Positions 1 through 8,757 of a stretch of DNA of 64,000 nt are shown in pieces. Position 1 is the first letter of the stretch. Each line of letters opens with the position of its first letter. The DNA lies in contig RFNZ01000007.1 of the NCBI GenBank assembly GCA_009926935.1, positions 14,200-78,199 on the forward strand, written 5' to 3'. Below the pieces are notes generated by a model. The model was given only the letters and a program-made list of their open reading frames with translations. It ran no database searches and was not told the origin of the DNA. The stretch is from Pseudomonadota bacterium. GTDB lineage: Bacteria > Pseudomonadota > Alphaproteobacteria > Micavibrionales > UBA1664. The position numbers and the translations under genes are program-made.

Positions 1-1212
1 GACAAAGCTATCGACCTTATGGATGAAGCCTGTGCGATTGCACAAAAGAAAGGCGATAAGACACTCCAGAAGACGCATCTCATAGAAGCGCTTTCCGGGA
101 TGACGAATATCCCGATACACTTTTTCTCAGAGAGTGACGAAGAACGCTACGCGAATTTGGGGAAAACTCTCAATCGCCGCGTGCTTGACCAGAGCGATGC
201 TGTTGAGGCGGTAGCCGCTGCCCTTAAAAGGGCGCGCGCTGGCCTCAAGGACCCTGAGACGCCGGTCGGGAACTTCCTGTTCCTTGGGCCAACGGGTGTT
301 GGCAAAACCGAACTCTCCCGCGGGCTTGCCGAGATATTGTTTGGCAGTGCAGACGACTTTTTTGTGCGTTTCGATATGTCGGAATACGCAGATAGGCACG
401 CCGTTTCACGGTTTCTTGGCGGTAACCCGAACTATGTAGGATTTGAGGAAGGCGGGCAGCTTGTCAAAACGCTCCGCTCCAAACCTTTTGGTGTTTACCT
501 CTATGATGAAGCCGAGAAGGCGGACCGTGATGTTTATAACGCGTTGCTGGCTCCGTTCTCGAACGGGGTTGTGACGGATGGCCGCGGTGTTTCTGCCTCA
601 ATGCGTGATGCCGTAAACATTCTTACATCCAACCTTGGTGCGGATGAAGTCCGTGCCGAAGCTGTGAAGCGTAAAATTGATGCAGCCCAAGCCCCGGAAG
701 AGTGGGAGGCAATGGCACGCCCCATCTTTATGGCGGCGGCACAGGGGTATTTCAGGCCCGAGTTTCTTAACCGTATGGATGCGATTGTGCCTTTCAGAAC
801 GCTATCGCAGAAAACCATCGAGCGCCTTGTCAAACGCGAGTTGCAAACGACGGAAGGCCAGCTTCAGGGACGACATGGGCTTGAACTTGAAATTGCGCCC
901 GTCTTCCTTCAGCTTGCAGCCAAGAAAGGTTTTGACCCTCAGAAAGGGGCAAGGCCACTTAAACGGGCTTGGGCTGAAGTGGTCACGACACCGATGGCGG
1001 CGTTTATCCTTGATGAAGGTCCGAGAGCCCGCGCTGCTGCCAAGAAAATCATCATGGAAGTCGATGACGGAAGCTCAATGACTTCCGACATGGCAGCGCC
1101 TATGGCACCTGCGGACTCCACTGTGGTTTCACTCGCAAGTGTAGCCCAAGCGCGCCGTAGACCCGTGTTAGACCTTGATAAAGTCCGGCCGCGTTTCCGC
1201 TATGCCTCGTGA
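1..1212 (+). CDS. Clp/Hsp100-family AAA+ ATPase, C-terminal (second AAA+) module; gene starts upstream of the window
   Basis: Frame 1 is open from base 1 (DKAIDLMDEA...), so the 5' end is cut by the window edge. Walker A GPTGVGKTE, Walker B-like YLYDEAEKA, sensor TSNLG and GARPLKR match the D2 module of ClpA/ClpB/ClpV-type proteins. It is divergent from canonical ClpB and ends in an Ala/Met/Pro-rich tail of about 60 aa. Confidence 0.8.
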   Translation, partial: DKAIDLMDEACAIAQKKGDKTLQKTHLIEALSGMTNIPIHFFSESDEERYANLGKTLNRRVLDQSDAVEAVAAALKRARAGLKDPETPVGNFLFLGPTGVGKTELSRGLAEILFGSADDFFVRFDMSEYADRHAVSRFLGGNPNYVGFEEGGQLVKTLRSKPFGVYLYDEAEKADRDVYNALLAPFSNGVVTDGRGVSASMRDAVNILTSNLGADEVRAEAVKRKIDAAQAPEEWEAMARPIFMAAAQGYFRPEFLNRMDAIVPFRTLSQKTIERLVKRELQTTEGQLQGRHGLELEIAPVFLQLAAKKGFDPQKGARPLKRAWAEVVTTPMAAFILDEGPRARAAAKKIIMEVDDGSSMTSDMAAPMAPADSTVVSLASVAQARRRPVLDLDKVRPRFRYAS

Positions 1213-1281
1213 GAAAGCCTTGGCGTAAGCCTTAAAGCTGGCTAATCTGCCCCTGACACAATTCATGTGAGAGGGATGGTC

Positions 1282-2736
1282 ATGACGCAGCCTGTTTTTC
1301 TGGGTGCTACGCCTGAGGGCGCTAAGCAGTATCTTGATCTCAAGTTTGCCAACCGGCATGGCCTTATTGCAGGGGCTACTGGTACTGGCAAGACCGTATC
1401 CCTGCAAGTACTGGCCGAGGGGTTTTCAAAAGCAGGCGTGCCTGTTTTTATGGCCGATGTGAAAGGTGATTTATCGGGCATGGCGCAGCCAAGCGCCATG
1501 CAGGATTTTTTGACAAAGCGCGCTGAAAAAATTGGTTATACCGATTACGCGCCTGAAGCCTGCCCAGTTGTTTATTGGGATTTGTTTGGCCAAAAAGGCC
1601 ACCCCATGCGTGCGACCATATCCGAAATGGGGCCTTTGCTACTTTCGCGGATGCTTGATTTGAACGACACACAGGAAGGCGTTTTGACCATTGCGTTTAA
1701 GTTGGCGGATGACGAGGGCCTGCTGCTTCTGGACCTTAAGGATATACAGGCCCTTTTGTCCGATATGGCGGAGCGTACCAAAGAAATTTCAGGCAAGTAC
1801 GGTAATGTAACTACGGCATCGATTGGCACCGTGCAGCGCAAACTTTTGATGCTGGACGAGCAGGGTGGCGAGAATTTTTTTGGTGAGCCCGCGCTTGATT
1901 TGGCTGACCTTACGCGCACAAAAGGCACACGCGGGTTTATCAATATTCTGGCGGCTGACAAGCTTGTACAAACACCGCGGCTCTATGCCACGTTTTTACT
2001 CTGGCTGCTTTCGGAGTTGTTTGAGCAACTGCCGGAGGCGGGCGACCTGCCGCAACCAAAACTGGTTTTCTTTTTTGATGAAGCGCATTTGCTGTTTAAT
2101 GATGCGCCTAAGGCATTGCTCGAGAAAATCGAGCAGGTGGTGCGGCTTATCAGGTCTAAAGGTGTCGGCATTTATTTTGTCACACAGAGCCCGACCGATG
2201 TGCCTGAAGTTGTGCTGGCGCAGTTGGGTTGCCGTATCCAGCACGCTTTGCGCGCTTTTACGCCACAGGCGCAAAAGGGCATTAAGGCCGCCGCGCAGTC
2301 CTTCCGTGTTAATCCGGCCATTGATACCGAGACTGTTTTGACAGAGCTTGGGATTGGTGAGGCGCTGGTTTCCACGTTGACTGAGGGCGGCGTGCCTAGT
2401 GTTGTCGAGCGCGTGTTTATAGCGCCGCCTGCATCACGCCTTGGGCCGTGCGAGGATGCGGCGCGCAAGGTAGCTATAGCTCAAAGCCCTGTGGCGGGCG
2501 TTTATGACGCCACTATCGACCGGGTTTCTGCCCATGAAAAATTGAAAAATCGTGCAGAATCCGCCACAGTGGCGGCTGAACATGCGCAGGAAGCGGCAAG
2601 GCCAAAACAGAAGGCTGCTGGTGGGTATCAACGGCAGGGGCTTGCTGAGGCCGCGATCAAGTCGGTCGTTCGAACGATCGGGTCTGAAGTTGGTCGACAA
2701 ATCATCCGCGGGCTATTAGGGTCGATGCGCCGTTAG
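1282..2736 (+). CDS. HerA-like P-loop NTPase of the YjgR/DUF853 family
   Basis: The N-terminus ANRHGLIAGATGTGKTVSLQVLAEGFSKAGVPVFMADVKGDLSG (Walker A) and FFFDEAHLLF (Walker B) resemble E. coli YjgR as I recall it. ATG 1282 is preceded by GAGAGGGA. The ORF-track start at 1267 is a GTG. Confidence 0.75.
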   Translation: MTQPVFLGATPEGAKQYLDLKFANRHGLIAGATGTGKTVSLQVLAEGFSKAGVPVFMADVKGDLSGMAQPSAMQDFLTKRAEKIGYTDYAPEACPVVYWDLFGQKGHPMRATISEMGPLLLSRMLDLNDTQEGVLTIAFKLADDEGLLLLDLKDIQALLSDMAERTKEISGKYGNVTTASIGTVQRKLLMLDEQGGENFFGEPALDLADLTRTKGTRGFINILAADKLVQTPRLYATFLLWLLSELFEQLPEAGDLPQPKLVFFFDEAHLLFNDAPKALLEKIEQVVRLIRSKGVGIYFVTQSPTDVPEVVLAQLGCRIQHALRAFTPQAQKGIKAAAQSFRVNPAIDTETVLTELGIGEALVSTLTEGGVPSVVERVFIAPPASRLGPCEDAARKVAIAQSPVAGVYDATIDRVSAHEKLKNRAESATVAAEHAQEAARPKQKAAGGYQRQGLAEAAIKSVVRTIGSEVGRQIIRGLLGSMRR

Positions 2737-2750
2737 GGAGATATTGAACA

Positions 2751-3767
2751 ATGCCTACAAAACTCAAACCTGCTGCCAATAGTGCCACGCCGGACTTACT
2801 GCTTTCCATGGATCGTAACCTCGCGCTTGAGGTCGTCCGGGTCACGGAAAGTGCGGCTCTGGCTGCTTCACTGCATGTGGGGCGCGGGGATGAAAAGGCC
2901 GCTGACCAAGCGGCAGTTGATGCCATGCGCACTGTTTTGAACAGCCTTTCCATTGATGGCCGCGTTGTGATTGGCGAAGGCGAGCGTGATGAAGCGCCGA
3001 TGCTTTATATCGGCGAGCGTGTGGGCACAGGGCATGGCCCTAAAATCGATATCGCACTCGACCCGCTTGAAGGCACGACAATTTGTGCGACCGGCGGCAT
3101 GAACAGCCTTGCTGTGATTGCCATGACGGAAGAGGGCGGATTTTTAAATGCCCCTGACACCTATATGCAGAAAATCGCCATCGGCCCCGGTTATGACCCA
3201 GATTTTCTTGACATGAACGAACCTGCGGATGATTTCGTGCGCCGTCTCGCTCGTGCCAAAGGTGCGCGGCCAGAGCAGCTTATGATCTGTATCCTTGATC
3301 GTCCGCGCCATGCGGATTTGATTGCAAAGGTGCGTGCTGCCGGCGCGCGTATCACGCTCATTCAGGATGGCGATGTATCGGGCGTTATTGCGACTGCCGA
3401 AGAACACTCGGCCATCGATGCCTATATGGGTACGGGCGGTGCGCCAGAGGGTGTGCTTGCGGCTGCGGCCCTTCAATGCACAGGCGGACAGATGCTGGGG
3501 CGGCTTGTTTTTAGAAATGATGGCGAGAAAGCCCGTGCCGAGCGCATGGGTATTACGGATTTCGGTCGTGTTTACACGCATGACGACATGGCTTACGGCC
3601 CCAACGTGATGTTTGCTGCAACAGGCGTCACAGACGGGGCGATGCTCAAGGGCGTGCGCCGCTATGTTGGCGGTGCCACCACGCATTCCATCATCATGCG
3701 GTCTAAAACGGGCACGATACGCCGCATTGAGGCCACGCATAATTTTAGCAAGAAGCCGCAGGAATGA
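2751..3767 (+). CDS. glpX: Fructose-1,6-bisphosphatase class II
   Basis: MDRNLALEVVRVTESAALAAS, GRGDEKAADQAAVDAMR, LDPLEGTT and GGAPEGV are typical GlpX motifs. A GGGAGA Shine-Dalgarno sits upstream of the ATG. Confidence 0.9.
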   Translation: MPTKLKPAANSATPDLLLSMDRNLALEVVRVTESAALAASLHVGRGDEKAADQAAVDAMRTVLNSLSIDGRVVIGEGERDEAPMLYIGERVGTGHGPKIDIALDPLEGTTICATGGMNSLAVIAMTEEGGFLNAPDTYMQKIAIGPGYDPDFLDMNEPADDFVRRLARAKGARPEQLMICILDRPRHADLIAKVRAAGARITLIQDGDVSGVIATAEEHSAIDAYMGTGGAPEGVLAAAALQCTGGQMLGRLVFRNDGEKARAERMGITDFGRVYTHDDMAYGPNVMFAATGVTDGAMLKGVRRYVGGATTHSIIMRSKTGTIRRIEATHNFSKKPQE

Positions 3768-4657
3768 ACGAGAAACATACCATCGTCGCTTTTTATAAAT
3801 TTACGCCCGTTGCCGATGTTGCGGCGGCGGTTGCTGACGTGAAGGCAAAGCTTGAGGCTTTGGGTATTTACGGCACAATTTTGATTGCGCCCGAGGGCAT
3901 CAACGGCACGATGGCGGGCACGCCCGATGCTGTCGAAGGACTATTGGCTGTATTAAAAACGCGCTTTGGTTTGTGCCGCGCTAATGACCATGTGAAGTTT
4001 TCGTATGCCGATACGAAGCCTTTCAAACGGCTTAAAGTGCGCCCGAAAAAAGAGATTATTACCTTTAAGCAAGAAGGCGCCGACCCCAACAAACTGGCTG
4101 GCCAGTATGTCGAGCCCAAGGACTGGAATGCGCTGATATCAAATCCTGACGTTCTGGTGCTAGATACGCGCAACGATTACGAGACGATGCTTGGCACATA
4201 TCAGGGTGCGGTTGTGCCGCCCATCGAGGTGTTTACCGAATTCGCCAAATACGTGCGCGAGAACCTCGACCCTAAAAAGCACCAGAAAATCGCGATGTTT
4301 TGCACGGGCGGCATACGCTGCGAAAAGGCGTCGGCCTTCATGCTTTCGGAAGGTTTTCCCGAGGTGTATCACCTCAAGGGCGGGATTTTGAAGTATCTTG
4401 AAGACGTGCCTGCCGAAGAAAGCAAATGGCAGGGGGAGTGCTATGTGTTTGACCGCCGCGTGGCCGTCGGGCATGGCCTTAAACCTGCCGAGCTTGGCAT
4501 GTGTTATTCCTGCGGGTATCCGCTGCGCCCTGAGGATGTGAACCATCCGCTTTTCGAGAGGGGCGTCTCCTGCCATCACTGCCATGCCAATACAAATGCC
4601 GAGCAAAAAGCGCGTTTCCGTATGCGGCAATCGCAGCAGCAGGGCGCTGAAGTTTAG
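3764..4657 (+). CDS. trhO: Rhodanese-domain protein of the UPF0176/YceA family (tRNA uridine-34 hydroxylase TrhO-like)
   Basis: Has the AFYKF N-terminus, the rhodanese active-site loop MFCTGGIRCEKAS and a C-terminal Cys/His cluster (CYSCG...CHHCH). Its start overlaps the glpX stop as ATGA. Confidence 0.8.
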   Translation: MNEKHTIVAFYKFTPVADVAAAVADVKAKLEALGIYGTILIAPEGINGTMAGTPDAVEGLLAVLKTRFGLCRANDHVKFSYADTKPFKRLKVRPKKEIITFKQEGADPNKLAGQYVEPKDWNALISNPDVLVLDTRNDYETMLGTYQGAVVPPIEVFTEFAKYVRENLDPKKHQKIAMFCTGGIRCEKASAFMLSEGFPEVYHLKGGILKYLEDVPAEESKWQGECYVFDRRVAVGHGLKPAELGMCYSCGYPLRPEDVNHPLFERGVSCHHCHANTNAEQKARFRMRQSQQQGAEV

Positions 4658-5664
4658 GTGTTTGCTAAAGCGTTCTGCCTTGCGCGGCGGACGCCGACAG
4701 GTTCCTGTCTAAGCAGGGTGGAAACCGCTTCCATATCCCCTTTATCAAGCCCCAGCCTTGTAGAAAGCTGCCTGATACCCTGAACACGTTTTTGATTTAG
4801 GGTGTCTGTGGCTGCTTTGTACTTGTCGGCCGTCTCGCTGTGGTGATCGTGTACGCTGCGGCCGAGATCGTTGACCGCTTTTAAAACCATTCCCAGTTTT
4901 TCTGAAGCTTCTTCCAGTTGCCCTATGTTCATGTAGCTGAAGATTGCGCCAAGCAGTCCGCCATCAAATGCGAGATCGGTCAGAACGTAAAGATTGCCTG
5001 TATCGATCCCGTGCTCGCCGGGTTCCTTGGCGTTTTTCGGGAAGAGGTCCGGATTTGCGTCTGCGTATTCCTTGAAGGATCCTATCGCTTTTGTGACGGC
5101 CTCTATCGCCTCTTTGGCTTCTTCCGTTTCCAGATAGGAAAGCAGGTTGATGCCGGCATTGTTAGACGCCATGTCAAACCACTCCATTGATGTGGCATCG
5201 CTACACTCGCTCAACGCGTTTTCGATGGCGCTGCGAAGTATCTGCACCTGGCCTATGGCCTCACCGTACTTCATGTGTTTGGCATCAGCATGGGTAAAGG
5301 CCTGTTTGGCTGCTGTAATGTCTATCCCTGATTTCGTGAGCAGTGCTGCCTCACTCTCGAGGATCGGATCAAAAGTCTCGATTGTTTTTTGATAGGCGGC
5401 ACTGAGAACATCATCGGCTTTGCTTTTGGCCTGTTTGAAAGCCCTAACGTGCCCGCCCAGCGTTGTTGCCCCATAAAACTTTCGTGCGAGCCAGCTTGTT
5501 TTTGCTGGATTGCGAATATCGAGGGCGATGGCGCGCTCTCTATAAAATTCTCCTATGTAATACGAATAGGCTGGGTGGGATCTTTGAATGTGCCCGCGCC
5601 ATTCATGTATGGCGGCTGGGCTTTGTTTGCGTGCGCGGGCAGCAATGGTCGTTTTGAGGCTCAT
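4654..5664 (-). CDS. Hypothetical protein (predicted helical, no recognised domain)
   Basis: 336-aa ORF with no competing gene on either strand. Its stop overlaps the trhO stop by 4 nt. No motif recognised. Confidence 0.55.
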   Translation of the reverse strand: MSLKTTIAARARKQSPAAIHEWRGHIQRSHPAYSYYIGEFYRERAIALDIRNPAKTSWLARKFYGATTLGGHVRAFKQAKSKADDVLSAAYQKTIETFDPILESEAALLTKSGIDITAAKQAFTHADAKHMKYGEAIGQVQILRSAIENALSECSDATSMEWFDMASNNAGINLLSYLETEEAKEAIEAVTKAIGSFKEYADANPDLFPKNAKEPGEHGIDTGNLYVLTDLAFDGGLLGAIFSYMNIGQLEEASEKLGMVLKAVNDLGRSVHDHHSETADKYKAATDTLNQKRVQGIRQLSTRLGLDKGDMEAVSTLLRQEPVGVRRARQNALANT

Positions 5665-5748
5665 GCTGTATTTTTAATAATATCCGGCTGACTTTGCAAC
5701 AAATTCACTTTATGACTCGGGTTTTCGCGAATCGCATAAGGTCTTGAG

Positions 5749-7587
5749 ATGCTCCAAGCCGTTCAAAACAGGCCGGATACTCCGGGTAGCGGGTATTTTG
5801 CGCCATCGCCGTCCTTCAAGGGGCGGATGTGGAAGTTGCCTGCCTATGACCGTGCGCTTGCGGCCCGTATGGCACAGGCGTATGGCCTGCCCGAAATGGT
5901 GGCGGCGCTGCTGGTTAGCCGCGGCATCGGGTTTGACGGGGTTGAGGGATTTCTTTCCCCCAACATCAAAACGCACTTTCCTGACCCTTTGAAGCTGACC
6001 GCGATGCGGGATGCTGCCGCTGATATTGCCCGTGCCGTGATGGCGGGGGAAAAGGTTGGCATCCTTGCTGATTTTGATGTGGATGGGGCTACATCCAGCG
6101 CTATTCTTACTCGCTTTTTGAAGGCGGCGGGGCAGGCGGATGTGCCGTTGTATATCCCCGACAGGCTATCCGAGGGGTATGGCCCGAATAACAAGGCTTT
6201 TGAATGGCTTAAGGCGGCTGGCTGCAGTTGGGTCTTAATTGCGGACAGCGGCACGACAGCGTTTAGCCAACTCGCGCATGCCACTGATATTGGCCTTAAA
6301 ACTGTTATTATCGACCACCACGAGGCTGAGGATAAACTCCCCGCCGCTACCTACGTCGTCAACCCCAAGCGGCGGGATGATACATCGGGCTACACCATGC
6401 TCGCGGCGTGCGGGGTTTCATTCCTGTTCTGTGTCGCCCTCAATACCGTTTTGCGGACCGAGGGCTGGTACAAAGACCGCCCTGAGCCGGACCTTCGCCA
6501 GTGGCTCGACCTCGTGGCTTTGGGTACGATTTGCGACATGGTGCCTATGACGGGTGCTAACCGACTTTTGGTACGCGCCGGTTTTTCCAAAATGGCGGCG
6601 CGGGCCAACCCAGGTATCGATGCGCTTTTGACCGTCGGTAAAATTACACAAGTGCCGGACCCATCCCATGCTGGTTTTGTTTTGGGGCCGCGTATCAATG
6701 CGGGGTCGCGGGTTCATCAATCGGATTTAGGCGCAAAGCTGCTGGCGACCGACGACCCAGAGGAGGCTTTGCGCCTCGCGTGGCTTCTCGATGACTGCAA
6801 TACCAAGCGCCGCGCCATGCAGAAGGAGATGGTGAGCCACGCTGCTGCCCGTGTAAAGGCGTATGGCTATGAAAACGACCCTGTGATTTTGCTTGATGAT
6901 GATGCCTGGCACCCCGGCTTGGTAGGTTTAGTAGCGGGGGATATGAAAGAACGTTTCGGCAAACCTGCCTGTGTTGTGGGGTATGCGGATGCCGAAAACG
7001 GCACGCGCGAGGGGCGGGGTTCTGGTAGGTCTGTCGTTGGTATCAACATTGCGGAATCATTTATTGCGGCGCGGGCCGAGGGGGTTTTGATAAAAGGCGG
7101 CGGGCACGCCATGGCCGGCGGGTTTACCGTGGCGCCTGACCGTATCAAGGATTTGCGGGAGTTTTTAAAGGCGCATATAGGGGCGCAGGCTGCCAATTTA
7201 CCGCCATGCCCTGAAGCGCCAGTTGATGCCGTGATGTCAGCACGGGCCTTGAGCGTGGATATGGCCAAGTTGGTGCAGGGGGCTGTTGCGCCTTACGGCG
7301 CGGGGCACCCTGAGCCCACCTTTGTGCTGACTGACGTGATTGTTTTGAATGCCGATATTGTTGGTGCAACCCATGTCCGTTGCACCGTGCGGGACCGTGA
7401 CGGCGGGCCATCTGTCAAGGCGGTGGCCTTCAGGGCTGTCGATACGCCTTTGGGTGACTATCTTTTAAAACAAGCGCGAGATGCCGCGGTGCCTTTGCAT
7501 TTGCTGGGGGCCGTGCATCTTAACGTATGGCAGGGCCGCGAAAGCGCCGAGTTTCATATAGCGGACGGGTTTGTAGGGTATGTTTGA
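5749..7587 (+). CDS. recJ: Single-stranded-DNA-specific exonuclease RecJ
   Basis: DHH motifs GILADFDVDGATS and VIIDHHE, plus DHHA1 motif GGGHAMAGG. The N-terminal SFKGRMW...LPEMVAALLVSRGI fits the alphaproteobacterial RecJ N-terminus, supporting the long start. Confidence 0.9.
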   Translation: MLQAVQNRPDTPGSGYFAPSPSFKGRMWKLPAYDRALAARMAQAYGLPEMVAALLVSRGIGFDGVEGFLSPNIKTHFPDPLKLTAMRDAAADIARAVMAGEKVGILADFDVDGATSSAILTRFLKAAGQADVPLYIPDRLSEGYGPNNKAFEWLKAAGCSWVLIADSGTTAFSQLAHATDIGLKTVIIDHHEAEDKLPAATYVVNPKRRDDTSGYTMLAACGVSFLFCVALNTVLRTEGWYKDRPEPDLRQWLDLVALGTICDMVPMTGANRLLVRAGFSKMAARANPGIDALLTVGKITQVPDPSHAGFVLGPRINAGSRVHQSDLGAKLLATDDPEEALRLAWLLDDCNTKRRAMQKEMVSHAAARVKAYGYENDPVILLDDDAWHPGLVGLVAGDMKERFGKPACVVGYADAENGTREGRGSGRSVVGINIAESFIAARAEGVLIKGGGHAMAGGFTVAPDRIKDLREFLKAHIGAQAANLPPCPEAPVDAVMSARALSVDMAKLVQGAVAPYGAGHPEPTFVLTDVIVLNADIVGATHVRCTVRDRDGGPSVKAVAFRAVDTPLGDYLLKQARDAAVPLHLLGAVHLNVWQGRESAEFHIADGFVGYV

Positions 7588-7629
7588 GTTTGCTAGGCTC
7601 TTGTTCTGGTATTTGAATAATGAGGGAAT

Positions 7630-8283
7630 ATGAATTTGAAAATGACGAGTGCCGGCGTAACTATCGTGGCCGGCGCTGCTGCAACGGGGGCTGTGGCCCT
7701 GTGGCTTTTGTTTGCCCAACTGACGAAAACACCGGAAGTAAAGATTCCTAAAGTTGATTCAGATTTTGGTTTTGTTGTTGACGGTGAACCGTCAGCAGAG
7801 CCTGAGGCTCCGGCGGGTGACGATGTCTATTGCATGCTTGCGGGCGGCGAAAAGATATACGGGCGTTTTGTGAGTGTGCGGCGCGGCGGCGTGCAGGAAA
7901 TAATCGGCCTCAAAATCCGTGCCTACGATGCTAAAGCAAGGTTTGCCTTTAGTGCCTATACCCGTATTGTGACACCCGGTATTGCAGCCGAGTATAAAGA
8001 ATGGCGAGAATCTACGGGCGCAAATGTCGAAATGGGCGTTGCCGATATTACAGATTTTGCTCCGCTCAAAGGCGGCGTTATCCCTGATAGAAAGCTAGCC
8101 GCGCGCGCCTTACAGGCGTTTTTGTATTCAGGGGCTTTGGTGCCGGCCGCGCTTACTCATGGTGGTCAGGTTGTTCTATCCGGCAATCAGGGTAATCTAC
8201 ATGAGATGCGTCTCCAGCTTGCGGCCAGCTACCGGATTCCCGTGCAGGGGGCGCCCTGTAAACAGGTACAATCATTGACTTAA
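7630..8283 (+). CDS. Hypothetical membrane-anchored protein
   Basis: The ATG is preceded by GAGGGA. The N-terminal hydrophobic segment VTIVAGAAATGAVALWLLFA is followed by a soluble domain with no recognised motif. Confidence 0.55.
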   Translation: MNLKMTSAGVTIVAGAAATGAVALWLLFAQLTKTPEVKIPKVDSDFGFVVDGEPSAEPEAPAGDDVYCMLAGGEKIYGRFVSVRRGGVQEIIGLKIRAYDAKARFAFSAYTRIVTPGIAAEYKEWRESTGANVEMGVADITDFAPLKGGVIPDRKLAARALQAFLYSGALVPAALTHGGQVVLSGNQGNLHEMRLQLAASYRIPVQGAPCKQVQSLT

Positions 8284-8511
8284 TATTTAAAATACAAGCA
8301 CGGGTTTACCTTCTATTATTGTCTTTGGGTGTAGGCTGGAATGTAGCAGCCTAAAGGCGGGCCCATCTTATGAAGCGCCAGCGTATTACCAAGATTTATA
8401 GGCTCTCCTGTGTATTTCTGAATATGTGGTACGGAGTATGTGCACCGTTTCAGGGCGGAGCGCGGGGGGGCGATGTATGGGATTTACCTGTCGCCCAAGC
8501 TAGGTATTTTT

Positions 8512-8697
8512 ATGAACATGCTAACAAGTTACATCATTCCGGCGGCTTTTGCGGGGACGATGGGTAGCATAGGCCTTGCGTGTGGGTGTGCGGCCTGCGT
8601 CGGCAGTTTTGGTGAGGCTTTGCGGCAGTTTGTAACTGAGAAGCCTTATTCTATGCCTGTCTCATGTATGTTGATTGAGTGGTTACCGAAGGGGTAA
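8512..8697 (+). CDS. Possible small hydrophobic Cys-rich peptide (61 aa)
   Basis: In-frame ATG within ORF 8440..8697, with AGG 7 nt upstream. Product: MNMLTSYIIPAAFAGTMGSIGLACGCAACVGSFGEALRQF... No homology recognised, so this may be non-coding. Confidence 0.2.
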   Translation: MNMLTSYIIPAAFAGTMGSIGLACGCAACVGSFGEALRQFVTEKPYSMPVSCMLIEWLPKG

Positions 8698-8757
8698 ATT
8701 TTTTTTTACACAGCCCTTGCTGTGGTTAAAAACTTTGTTTTGCAGTAGTTTCCGTTT

